DNA of 63,075 bases, counting the filler, from Olpidium bornovanus S191 (taxonomy: Eukaryota; Fungi; Olpidiomycota), in assembly GCA_017911155.1 (NCBI GenBank). It is 27 parts of 27 records of this genome, joined end to end, with 100 filler letters (N's around TTAATTAATTAA, not from the genome) between each part and the next. Parts side by side here need not be neighbours in the genome. Positions count along the whole stretch, not along the records: positions 49,102 to 55,531 come from JAEFCI010011233.1; positions 55,632 to 56,656 come from JAEFCI010011297.1; positions 56,757 to 57,862 come from JAEFCI010003372.1; positions 57,963 to 60,690 come from JAEFCI010008087.1; 23 more parts are not named here. The stretch is one strand, 5' to 3'. Every line of letters starts with the position of its first letter. The first letter of the stretch is position 1. The position numbers and the translations under genes are program-made. The notes beneath the pieces were generated by a model. That model searched no databases, was not told the DNA's origin, and worked only from the letters and a program-made list of their open reading frames with translations. Positions 50,184 to 60,690 of the stretch are shown one piece after another.

Positions 50184-51505
50184 TCACCTAAGGTACGCCA
50201 GCCCGGGATGGACGTCGGAGTAGCCCTCCACCAGCCTGCGGTCCACGTTGACGGAATCGACCAGCGGATGCAGGGTGAAGGCCTTGACGGCACTCGCGCG
50301 CGAACCGGAGTCGGCGGCGGCCAGCACCTCGCGCTCGACCGCCTTGACCGCGCAGACCAGGCCGGTGGCGTGGCCGGGCAGCGGGTCGACGGTGACGGGG
50401 TGGGCGCCGTTGGCGTCGACGAGGCAGGGGACCTCGATGACGGCCTCGGCGTCCAGGACCGACAGCGTGCGCCGGTTGCGGACGTTGAGGATCAGGGTGG
50501 TGCGCTCGTCCCGGGCGATGGCCCGCATCAGGGCGAGGGCCACCTTCTCGTAGCCGCCGGACAGGTCGTCCTCGTCGCGTTCACCGGCGCCCGCGGTCTC
50601 CCGGTTCTCGGCCATGTACGTGGCCTCGCGCTCGGCACGGGTGCGGTCCCAGACCATGAGGGCGGGGGCGTGCGTGTTCCTCATCTCGGCATAGAAGCGG
50701 GCCTGCTGGTCGTGCAGGAAGGCGCCGCGGGTCTTCTCGGCCCCGCGGTTGAAGTAGTAGTAGTGCAGGTATTCGTTGGGGATCGCGCCCAGGGAGCGCA
50801 GCCAGTCGGCGCCGAAGAACTTGCCCTCCTCGTACGAGCCGAGCAGGTCGGGGTCGGCGAGCAGCCGCGGCAGTTCGTCACGCCCGGCGACGCGCAGACC
50901 GCGCACCCAGCCGAGGTGGTTGAGGCGCCGACGTAGTCGATCCACGCCTCGCCCGGGTTCTTGACACCGAGCACCCGGGCGATACGGGGGCCGAGGCCGA
51001 CCGGGGAGTCGCAGATGCCGATGACGCGGTCGCCGAGGTGGCGGGACATGGCCTCGGTGACCAGTCCGGCGGGGTTGGTGAAGTTGATGACCCAGGCGTC
51101 GGGGGCGAGCCGGGCCACCCGCCGCGCGATGCCGACGGCGACTGGGACCGTGCGCAGGCCGTAGGCGATGCCGCCCGCGCCGACCGTCTCCTGGCCCAGC
51201 ACGCCCTCGGCCAGGGCCACGCGTTCGTCGTTCGCGCGTCCTTCCAGGCCGCCGACGCGGATCGCGGAGAACACGAAGTCGGCGCCGCGCAGGGCCTCGT
51301 CGAGGTCGGTGGTTGCGCTCACCTCGGGTGCGTCGGGGACGCCGGCCGCCTGCTCGGCGAGGACGCGTGTCACCGCCGACAGCCTTCCGGCGTCCAGGTC
51401 GTGCAGGACGACCCGGGTCACCCGGCCCTCGGCGTGGTCCTGGAGGAGTGCTCCGTACACCAGTGGCACGCGGAATCCCCCGCCGCCCAGAATCGTCAGC
51501 TTCAC
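50184..51505 (-). pseudogene. Streptomyces-type GH4 6-phospho-beta-glucosidase with a frameshift
   Basis: GTG start with GGAGG RBS; LTILGGGGFR, GQETVGAGG, INFTNPAG and GICDSP. The frame breaks at about 50925 (GTC GGC GC CTC AAC CAC, 2 extra nt) and resumes as LNHLGW...PNEYLHYYY...VIEVPCLV. Confidence 0.9.
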
Positions 51506-51589
51506 CTGGTTCCTCCGATTCGGCAGGCGGTGCGCACCGCGTCGGGAGAACGGGCCACGCGCCACCTCCTTGGACTCGCTTCAAGGCCG

Positions 51590-52591
51590 CCGGGCCGCCA
51601 CCGGGTCTTCCTGCCGGAGAAGCGGACCGATGCCCGGGGCGTCACCTGGGGCAACGGCACCCCGCGCGGCACCTCGCTGCCCCTGTCGCGCTTCTACGTC
51701 GCCAAGCCCGGCGTCTCGGCCGCCACACTCAACCAGGCCCTCGCCCAGGGACTCCACCTGCTGCTGACGCCGGGGATCTACCCCCTCGACCAGCCGGTGC
51801 GCGTCGACCGGACGGGCACGGTGGTGCTGGGCTTGGGATACGCCACGCTCATCCCTGACAACGGCGTCACCGCGCTGCAGGTCGCCGACGTCGATGGCGT
51901 ACGCCTGGCCGGGTTCCTCGTCGACGCCGGGCCGGTCAACTCCGCCACCCTGCTGGAGATCGGCCCGCGCGGCGCCTGGCGCGACCACTCCGCCAACCCC
52001 ACGACCGTCCAGGACGTGTTCGTCCGCATCGGCGGGGCGGGCCCGGGCAAGGCCACCACCAGCATGGTCGTCAACAGCCGGCACACCATCGTCGACCACA
52101 CCTAGGTCTGGCGCGCCGACCACGGCGACGGCGTCGGCTGGGAGACCAACCGCGCGGACTACGGCGTCGTCGTCAACGGCCACGACGTACTGGCGACCGG
52201 GCTGTTCGTGGAGCACTTCAACAAGTACGACGTGCAGTGGTTCGGCGAGCGCGGCCGCACGATCTTCTACCAGAACGAGAAGGCGTACGACGCCCCGAAC
52301 CAGGCCGCGATCCAGAACGGCTCCCTCAAGGGCTATGCCGCCTACCGGGTCGGGGACGGTGTCACCACCCACGAGGGCTGGGGCCTGGGCAGCTACTGCT
52401 ACTACAACGTCGATCCGACCGTCGTGCAGCACCACGGCTTCGCCGCGCCGAACCGGCCGGGAGTGCGCTTCCACGACCTGCTCGTGGTCTCGCTGGGCGG
52501 CAACGGGCAGTACGAGCGGGTCATCAACGACACGGGGTCGCCCACGTCGGGGACGTCCACGGTGCCCTCGACGGTGGTGTCGTACCCGTAG
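51590..52591 (+). pseudogene. C-terminal half of a Streptomyces-type GH55 exo-beta-1,3-glucanase, 5'-truncated, with a nonsense codon
   Basis: LHLLLTPGIY, VVLGLGYATL, VQDVFVRIGG, DHT*VWRADHG (TAG at 52103-52105 where W is expected), VEHFNKY, IFYQNEKAYD and GWGLGSYCYYNV. Confidence 0.85.
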
Positions 52592-52612
52592 CCCTCGAGT
52601 CGGAGCCGCATC

Positions 52613-52648
52613 GCGTGCCCCCTCCCTTCGGGTGAGGGAGGGGCACGC
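52613..52648. terminator. GC-rich stem-loop downstream of the GH55 fragment (actinobacterial terminator-like)
   Basis: Arms gcgtgccccctccct and agggaggggcacgc (one bulged C) around a 7-nt loop. Confidence 0.6.
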
Positions 52649-52654
52649 CCCGTG

Positions 52655-52876
52655 CGCCACCGCGGACGCCCGGCGAAGAGTCCCGGCGTGGTCGGTGCGA
52701 ACGCCTCGGCCGGGACGGCGAGCATACGCTCCGCCCCCTCGGCGCGGGAGCGCACCTCCGCGGCGGGCAGCGAGCCCTTCCAGCCCACGTAGGTGTCGAC
52801 GAGGAGCAGGGTCCGCACGAGGTCGGCGTGGTGCCGGTACAGCTCCAGCACGACCGTCCCGCCCCAGGAGGCGCCA
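52655..52876 (-). pseudogene. Internal fragment of a Streptomyces-type alpha/beta hydrolase
   Basis: Nucleophile elbow GASWGGTVVLELYRHH...LLLVDTYVGWKGSLP; truncated at both ends. Confidence 0.75.
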
Positions 52877-52924
52877 AATGGACATGACGCCACACACGAC
52901 GCAAACCGTCTTCCGGCGCCGGCG

Positions 52925-52989
52925 CCAGGAAGGAAGGAACGAAGGAAGGAGAGATGGAAGGAAGGAAGGAAGGACGAAGGACGGAGGGT

Positions 52990-53024
<35 letters not shown>

Positions 53025-53240
53025 TCTGCTGGCCGCAAACGCCCCGCGCTAGCGCCAGGAAGGAAGGATGGATGGATGGAAGGATGGATGGAAGGATGGA
53101 TGGAAGGAAGGAAGGAAGGAGGGAAGAAAGGAGGGATTGGGCAACGCAGCAAACCGCAACACCTGCCCCCGTCGCCCGAGGCAGGCTGAAGAAAAGGATG
53201 GAATGAGGGAGAAAAGGAAGGAAGGAGGGAGGAAAGGAAA
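52925..53240. repeat. (GGAA)/(GGAT) microsatellite blocks with a poly-G tract
   Basis: Three purine-rich blocks, each preceded by a gcaaac-containing unit about 110-135 nt apart. Confidence 0.85.
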
Positions 53241-53249
53241 GTCGGACAA

Positions 53250-53446
53250 TATTGACGATTGACAATGGACGATTGACAATTGACAATTGACCATTGACAA
53301 TTGACAATTGACCATTGACAATTGACAATTGACCATTGACCATTGACAATTGACAATTGACAACTGACCATTGACAATTGACAATTGACAACTGACCATT
53401 GACAATTGACAATTGACAACTGACCATTGACAATTGACAATTGACT
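53250..53446. repeat. Heptamer tandem array (ATTGACA/ATTGACC variants), about 28 units
   Basis: Continuous 7-nt period over about 195 nt. Confidence 0.95.
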
Positions 53447-53458
53447 ACGCCAAATTCA

Positions 53459-53580
53459 TCCCCGGCGGTCGCGTCCGTCCCCGGCGTTCGCGTCCGTCCC
53501 CCGGCCTTGGCGGTTGCGTCCGTCCCCCGGCCTTGGCGGTGTGCCCATGGCGGCCATGGCGGCCATGGCCCCATGGCGGC
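53459..53580. repeat. Short GC-rich tandem repeats (about 21-24-nt ccccggc...gcgtccgtc units; 9-nt catggcggc units)
   Basis: Three to four copies of each are visible. Confidence 0.75.
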
Positions 53581-53889
53581 TATGCCGGCTTGACCTGATG
53601 TGTGAACTTCCCTTCTGGCTCTACCTTTTGCTGTGGCTGCGTTTGTAGTCACACTTTCCGGCACAAGGCATTGGCGCTGTTACAGAAAGGGAGCAGTAAA
53701 GGGAAAGAGCAAGATCCTTCAACCAGAGACCCGGGGTCTGCCCTATTCGTGTCGCTTAATTGCGTTTCAACTCATCTTCCTTTTGGCCATGAACATACCA
53801 TCTTTATTTGCGATCAGCGCATCTTCTTTTTTTGCGATGAGCGTTTTTTTGGCAATGGGCCACATGTACACATCTTCTTTTTTTGAGGA

Positions 53890-55405
53890 ACATTCTGACG
53901 CAGAATTTGACGGAGATTCTCACTTAAAATTTGACGGAGATTTAGACGCAGAATGTGATGGAGATTCTGACGGAGAACGTGACGGGGACGCTGATGCAAA
54001 ATCTGATGGGGATTCTGACGCAGAATCTGATGGGAGCTTTGACGCAAAATCTGATGGGGATTCTGACGCATAAGCTGACGGGGATTCTGACTCAGAACCT
54101 GATGCACCTCTTATTTTTTACGGAAGATGCAGACTCAGAATCCGACGAGATCTTGACCAGAGTCAGAAGGAAATTCTGAAGCCGAATCTGATGGGGATTG
54201 TGACGCAGAATCTGGAGGGGATTTTGAGGCAGAATCTAACGGGAATTCTGTCGCATTCTGAGAGAATGATTCTGACTGGGATTCTGATGCCAAATCTGAC
54301 GAGGATTCTGACACCAAATCTGATGGGGATTCTGACATCAAATCTGACGGGGATTCTGTCGCAAGGATTCTGATGCAGAATCTGAGGGGATTCTAAGGCA
54401 GAATCAGACGGGGATTCTGAGGCAGAATCTGACGGAAATTCTGGCGCATAAGAGAGGAGGATTAGAGGCCTGCCTGACCTACAAATTCTCAAGCAGAATC
54501 TGACGGATGGGACCATTTTCTTTTTTTTTCAGGAAGATTCAGACGCAGCATTCAACAGAGATCCTGATCAGAGCTTACAGAAATTTTGAAGCAGAATTTG
54601 ATGGGGATTTTGATACGGAACCTGGCAGAGATTCTGAAAGAATGATTCTGATGGGAGGTCTGATTCTGATTCTGACGGGGATCCTGAAGCAGAATATGAT
54701 GAGGATTCTGACGCAAAATCAGGGGAAGATTCTGCCACAGAATCTTAAGGGGATTTTGACGCAGTATCTGGAGGGGATTCGGACCAGAATTGGAGGGGAT
54801 TTTGACGCAGAATCAGAAGGAGATTTTGATGGAAAATTTGACGGGGATTCTGATGCATAATCAGACGGAGATTCTGAGGGAATGATTCTGACAGGATTTT
54901 TGAGTCTGATTTTGACGGACAGTCTACAATGGGAATCCTAAAGCAAAATATGATAGTGATTCTGACACGAAATCTGACCGGGATTTTAGCGCAAATTCTG
55001 AAGGGGATTCAGACGCAAAATCTGGAGGGGATTTAGACCAGAATTTGGAGGGGATTCTGACGCAGAATCAGATGGGGATTCTGAAGCAAAATCCGATGGG
55101 GATTCTGATGCAGAATCTGACAGAGATTCTGAGGGAATGATTCTGACAATATTACTGAGTCTGGTTCTGACAAGGATCGAAGCAAAATCTGGTGTGGATT
55201 CTGCTGCCGAATCTGACGTGGACTCTGACGCAAAATCTTGCAGAGATTTTGACGCAGATGCTGGAACAAAATCAGATGGAGATTCCGAGGAAAAAGATTC
55301 TGAAAAAGATTCCGATGCAGAATCTGACGGGGAGTCTAACACAGAATCTGACCGAGGTTCAGAGGGAATGTTTCTGATGGGGATTCTGACTCTGAATCTG
55401 AAGGG
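53890..55405 (+). repeat. Degenerate 12/24-nt tandem array (approx. gattctgacgcagaatctgacggg) reading as DSDAESDG
   Basis: About 1.5 kb of in-phase variants interrupted by indels; short ORFs translate as Ser/Asp-rich repeats. Confidence 0.9.
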
Positions 55406-55408
55406 TAT

Positions 55409-55476
55409 TCTATCATAGTCCAGGTAGTCAAATTTGCTCCTGCAAGAGCAAATTTGACTACCTGGACTATGATAGA
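55409..55476. repeat. Perfect 31-bp inverted repeat with 6-nt loop
   Basis: 55409-55439 tctatcatagtccaggtagtcaaatttgctc is the exact reverse complement of 55446-55476. Confidence 0.95.
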
Positions 55477-55631
55477 GTAAGCCTAGTCAGGTATGTATCC
55501 ATCCTACCTGCCAGGTAGCGCGGCTGATACANNNNNNNNNNNNNNNNNNNNNNNNNNNNNNNNNNNNNNNNNNNNTTAATTAATTAANNNNNNNNNNNNN
55601 NNNNNNNNNNNNNNNNNNNNNNNNNNNNNNN

Positions 55632-56656
55632 CATTATCCGGGGGTCGTCGGACGTCCTTCCAGCAGAAGCTTGCGTCCGCTGCCCAGCGACGGCACGGAG
55701 GGCCGACGGCGGCTCTCCCGGGGTGCGTGCGGGCGCGGGTCTCTGACGGTCGCCCACCGGAGCAGAGGTCCCAAGCTCGCAGCATTATCCGGGGGTTGTC
55801 GGAGGTCCTTCCAGCATAAGCTTCCGCCCAGGGCCTTTTGGGTCTTTTTATCTGCGCGGTCTCGGACGACCATGCCTGACGTATTTCCCGATTTCCGTCT
55901 TTTCACGCCCCGGGGCAGATCTTGGTCACCCTCCTCGACAAGGTGACGGTGCCGGGGGCATTGGAGGTATTGCTTGCCGACCGGGAGGGCCTGCAGAAAT
56001 GGTGTCGACACGCGTTATCCTGGCCTGAGGAACCACGCGTGTGGGACCGGCTCGGGGCCCACCTTGGAGGTCGGGAGATCGGCTACCCTCGTGTGCGAGA
56101 AGCTTGGGGATGTCGGGCCAAGCCTGGGCGCCCGCGAGCCATGGCGCGTCGTCAGGAACCCCTGTCTGCCTCATTCTCCCGCACCGACCGGAGCTGCGCG
56201 CGCAGTTCCTGGGGAAGTTCATGTCAAGCCTTCCGTGCGAGAAGGTGCCCGCGACCGCGGAATGCGTCTCCCTGTCGTGCCTGCGGGAGATCGATCCGGA
56301 GCGCAAGATTTAGGAATGCTGGATCTTTGATGCGGACACCATGGCCGTCGTCGGGGGCTTCCGGCGGAACTTCGCGACGACGACGACTTCGAACCAGTGG
56401 CACCATAAGTGCCAAGTTCTGCTTTAAACTCGGCTTGGAGTGAGTCGTTCAGCCTGCCAGCAGCACCGCGCCGGTGGGAAGATTGCTGGCTTTGGCCTGG
56501 CCAGTCCGCGGGGTGTGCGGGAGCTTCACGAGTACCTCGTGAAGCCAGCTCTTCGAGCTGAGCCGGAAGGACTAACTGCGCGCGCCAATTGCACTGCGCA
56601 ACATGGCCTTGTTCGCGAGTTTTTGTCCTACGTCGAAGCTCACGATTCGTGCCTGA
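55632..56656 (+). mobile_element. Possible decayed non-LTR retrotransposon RT C-terminal fragment
   Basis: Intronless, multiply frameshifted segments (RLGAHLG...; ...DLGMLDL) loosely resemble L1/Tx1 thumb motifs. A 41-nt direct repeat (55632-55672 and 55783-55823, 3 mismatches) lies at the start. Confidence 0.25.
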
Positions 56657-56885
56657 NNNNNNNNNNNNNNNNNNNNNNNNNNNNNNNNNNNNNNNNNNNN
56701 TTAATTAATTAANNNNNNNNNNNNNNNNNNNNNNNNNNNNNNNNNNNNNNNNNNNNAAAAAAAAAAAAAAAAAAAAGGACGGGCGCCCGCCACAGTCCCT
56801 CCCCCACCCCACCTTCACCCCCTTCTCCTCTCCTCACTTTTTTTCTTTTCGGGTTTTTTTTTTCCCCCACCCCGACCGCTCACAC

Positions 56886-57573
56886 ATGGCAGACGAGACA
56901 GAGCTGCCGCCGGCCAGGATCAAGCCGCTGCTGGACGAGGAGGACGAGGACGGCGACCTGACGGCGGAGTTCGAGCGCGTGCTGAGGGAGGTCTTCGAAC
57001 GCTTTGATGTGGACCGCGACGGGGAATGGAGTACCGACGAGCTGCAGGCGTTCGCGGCGGAGACGAACGGCGAACAGGTAAAAGATAAAACGGACGAGCC
57101 CACTCCGACCACCGTTTCGTTTTTTTATTTTTTTATTTTTTTTTATTTTTTTTTTTTTTTTGCGCGAGCTCGCGTTTTTGCGTTTGCGATTCCCCCCCTC
57201 CCCACCCCCCTCCCCCCGCGGGGCCGCGCCCTTACCTTGCGCCTTTTCAACGAAAAGTTCGACGACGATTCGCTGAAAGAGATCGCCGAGAACTTTGAGT
57301 GCAGCCGCGGTACCGGCAACCTCCTGCCGGCGGGCTTCGTCCAGCTGTACTCGGTGCAGACGCGGGTGGACGAGCCGGAGACGAGGAAGGACCTCGCCGC
57401 GTGGGGGTACTCGCTGGCGCTCGAGCGAGTGGGCCGGAAGGAGGCCGCGAGGGAGCGGGAGCGGCACCCCGAGGCGTTTGCGCCGGCGGACCGCAAAGAG
57501 GAGCTGCTGTTGGAGCAGGCCAGGGAGGAAGAGGACCCGGACGACACGGAAGAGGACCCACTGGGGGAAGCGC

Positions 57574-57578
<5 letters not shown>
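56886..57578 (+). CDS. Small EF-hand protein, complete, one intron (57078-57257)
   Basis: Canonical EF loop FDVDRDGEWSTDEL, a second degenerate hand, then ETRKDLAAWGY and an acidic tail. Confidence 0.75.
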
Positions 57579-57618
<40 letters not shown>

Positions 57619-57962
57619 CCCCAACAAAAAAAAAACAAACCTTTCCCTGCCTTTCTTTTTTCTTGGTGGGAGAAGGCGGGGGAAAGCGGGGAAGAGGGGG
57701 GGAAAAGGGGGTAATTGGGCGCCGGTCGCTGGATCGTGGACATGGAAAAAGCTACGGGAAAAGTTCAAATTTCGGCATGAGGGAAGCGGTGCCCGTCTGC
57801 TTGCCCTGCGCCCGTCTGCTGTTCCCTGCGGCGAACAAGGGGGGGGGGGGGGGGAAAAAAAANNNNNNNNNNNNNNNNNNNNNNNNNNNNNNNNNNNNNN
57901 NNNNNNTTAATTAATTAANNNNNNNNNNNNNNNNNNNNNNNNNNNNNNNNNNNNNNNNNNNN

Positions 57963-58830
57963 CAAGATGTCAGAAGGCGGGGACCTAAACTTCATCCTGG
58001 GCGTGAGGATCACAGAGCGCCAAGGCGGACAACTGCTTGACCAAAGACGCTTCGCCGTGGAGCTCTTGGAGAAATTCGGCATGCTGGATGCCAAACCCGT
58101 GGCAACCCCAGTTGAAACCAGGAGTATGGAAACGTTGACCATCCCAAGCGAGACCGAGGAGAAGGGCAACGAGAGGTATTCGGAAGCAATCGGTTCCCTA
58201 ATGTGGCTAGCCACCATGACCAGGCCCGAGATGGCCTTTGCTACGGCATTCTTGGCGCGATTCACGGCCTCACCTTCCCCTAATCACTGGGGCGCCGTCA
58301 AGAGGGCGCGGCGGTCACCTCGCAGGAACTGCGGGCCAAGGAATATTGGTTCAGCGGGCGAAAGGAGGCCAACGGTGAGAACGAGCTGATCGCGTTCTGC
58401 GACTCAGGCTGGGCGGGATGCCGAACCACGAGAGAGCATCTACGACGGGCCATCGTGCAATTCGCCGGCGGGGCGGTGTCATGGAGATCCACCAGGCAGA
58501 AATCGCGTGACAACCTCATCCTCCGAAGCGGAATTCGTTGCCCGCTCGGCAGCAGCTCAAGAAAGCCAAACGGCTACGAGCCCTTGTCCGGTCGATCGAC
58601 CCACGGGCCGTTCATCAAACCGACACCTCTGATGATCGACAATACGGGCGCAGCGGAGCTAGCCTCCGACAACAAGGCGTCCAAAAGATCAAAAACACGT
58701 CGACATTTTGCTGCGATCACCTTTGTTCGGTGCGCGGCGGAAGGGATGCATCAGCATATGTCGCGTGGAGACTGCTGAGAACCCCGCCGATGTTTTCTCC
58801 AAGCCATTGGACAAAAGTCAAATTCACCAA
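57963..58830 (+). mobile_element. Degenerate Ty1/copia reverse transcriptase C-terminus and RNase H
   Basis: DLNFILGVRI, YSEAIGSLMWLATMTRPEMAFA, HWGAVKR, FCDSGWAG, GGAVSWRS, IDNTGA and ENPADVFSKPL; several frameshifts. Confidence 0.92.
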
Positions 58831-59965
58831 GTTCAGAGGGATGGTTGGGTGCACGCACCGTGTGAGCGCCAGAAAGGCGGAAGGGATTCAACCGCCCGGG
58901 TTCGAGATTTTGAAAGGAAAGGATAGCAGTATATAGGCATACAGACGTGCTCGTGGGAGGCATGGGATATAGGAGATAGCTTCCCTAGGAGAGGTGGGGT
59001 GTTGGAAAAAAGGGGGAGAGCGGAAGCGCAGCTCCTGCGGGAATCATCCCCCCTTTCCCTTCCCCTGTAAATCCGGCACCCAGGCGCCACACAAAACAAA
59101 CAGAAAACCTGTAGAGAGTCTACAGCGTCCCGAACTGCGCAGTGCCGTCTCCCCGTGGTCCTCCTTTGTGCACTCGTCTTCCTTTGTCTCCCCTTGGTTC
59201 TTCTGTCCTTCAGCAACCCCCCCCCCCCTTCCCTCATCCCTCGGTAGCGTCGCTCGTTCCCTGTCATGTAAAATGGGGCCGAGAGCAGAGAGAGAGAGAA
59301 AGAGATCGCGCCGTTGCGCTCCCCGAATACGCGTCCTTTTCTCCTCGCCCTCCAGAACGCCTTTCGTCCTTCTCTTCTTCCCTCTCGCGAGCTCGCGACG
59401 TCTCCTCCTTCCCGGTGTCCAAAAGTTCAACAAGCCCCCACAGCCCCGCCATACACGCGCGCGCGCGTTTGCTGTGTGGTCCCTCCCTTTCCCCCTCTCC
59501 GCGTTCCCGCCGAGCCCAAAAAAAAAAAAAAAAAAAAAGAAAACCATAGCCGGGCGCAGACGCGACAACGCCGCGTGTGCAGGGAACCTCCAATTCGGTT
59601 TTTGTAGTTCGATTTTCTGCTCTCTCTCTTTCTTTCTCTCTCTCTATTTCTCTCTCCCTCTCCTCTCTCGGGGAAGCGCGCGCTCTGACTTCCGCGTGGA
59701 ACGACCGGGACGGAGAAAGATGGGGAGGGGGTGGGGTAATGAGTGCGAGGGGAAGAGAGAGAGAGAGAGAGAAAAAGAGAGGGGGGGGAAAAAAAAATCT
59801 GAGCCGAAAAACACCAAACGGGGGAGGGTTTGGCCTTGGGGATGGGGGAACGCGCGGTCGCACGAAAAAGCTGGGAGAAGGAAGGGGTGGGAGGGAAAAG
59901 GAGACAAAATAAATTAAGTTTTTTTCGGTACTCTTCGACAAAAAGAGCGAGGGGAAAAAAAGGGT

Positions 59966-60690
59966 TCACGAGCAGTTGTACAGCGCGGTCGCCCCGACGA
60001 CGTCCGGAAAACGCGTCGCCTCGCGCTCCGGGGGAGGAAGAAGGGGAGGAGGAGGGAGAGAGGGCCCGTGGGCCATCCGCGGCGGGTCGAGCGCCGCCGC
60101 CGCCCGCGCCCAGTCGAAAGCCTCCTCGTTTCCGCCGCCGCCGCCGCCGCAGGGGTCGACCGCCATCATGGTGGGCGTGATCGGCGTGGGTGGTCCGCAC
60201 GCGGCGGCGGCGGCGCGCGCAAAGGACGCGGACGACGCGAACAGGTCGCAGCACCGCCTCCCGGCCCCTTGGAACTGTTGCTGGAGGGAGAGGTAGTGGT
60301 GGTGGTGGCTCTGCGGTTGAACGGCGGCGGGGTAGTGCTGTTGATGCTGCTGCTGCTGCGGCTGCGGCTGCTGCTGCTGCGGCTGCTGCTGATGTTGCCT
60401 CTTCGGCTGCGCCCCGCGGAACGTCTCTCTTCGGAGCATCTGCAGCGCCAGGTTGCCGCAGGCGTGAGCAGCCGCCGTCTCCGCCGCCGCCGCCCAAGGG
60501 CCGCACGTCGTCCGGCTCCTCTCCAGCCGGATCTCCGCGGGCCCGCGCTGGTAATGTCTCGGCATCGCCCATGACGGCGCCGGCGCCGCCGCCTGCTTTA
60601 TCGTCGACCCCGACGCCAGGTACGAGTTGACGGCTTCGGTCGCTTTCGACAGGCAGCTGTGCGAGTACTTGTGCAGGACGACGGTCGAAG
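59966..60690 (-). CDS. Probable C-terminus of a fungal G1-type cyclin with poly-Q tail
   Basis: Open frame from the contig edge: STVVLHKYSHSCLSKATEAVNSYL resembles the cyclin C-box end. Poly-Q/His tracts and a PPTPITP CDK/PEST-like motif follow. Confidence 0.45.

Noticed and set aside
51581-53664. Long ORFs 51581-53440 and 52402-53664 (SIVNCQL repeats) and 51894-53189
   Set aside because: Shadow frames of high-GC bacterial genes running into stop-free simple repeats; no evidence they are genes.
53250-55405. Tandem arrays as a possible CRISPR array
   Set aside because: Units are contiguous with no unique spacers, and no cas genes are present.
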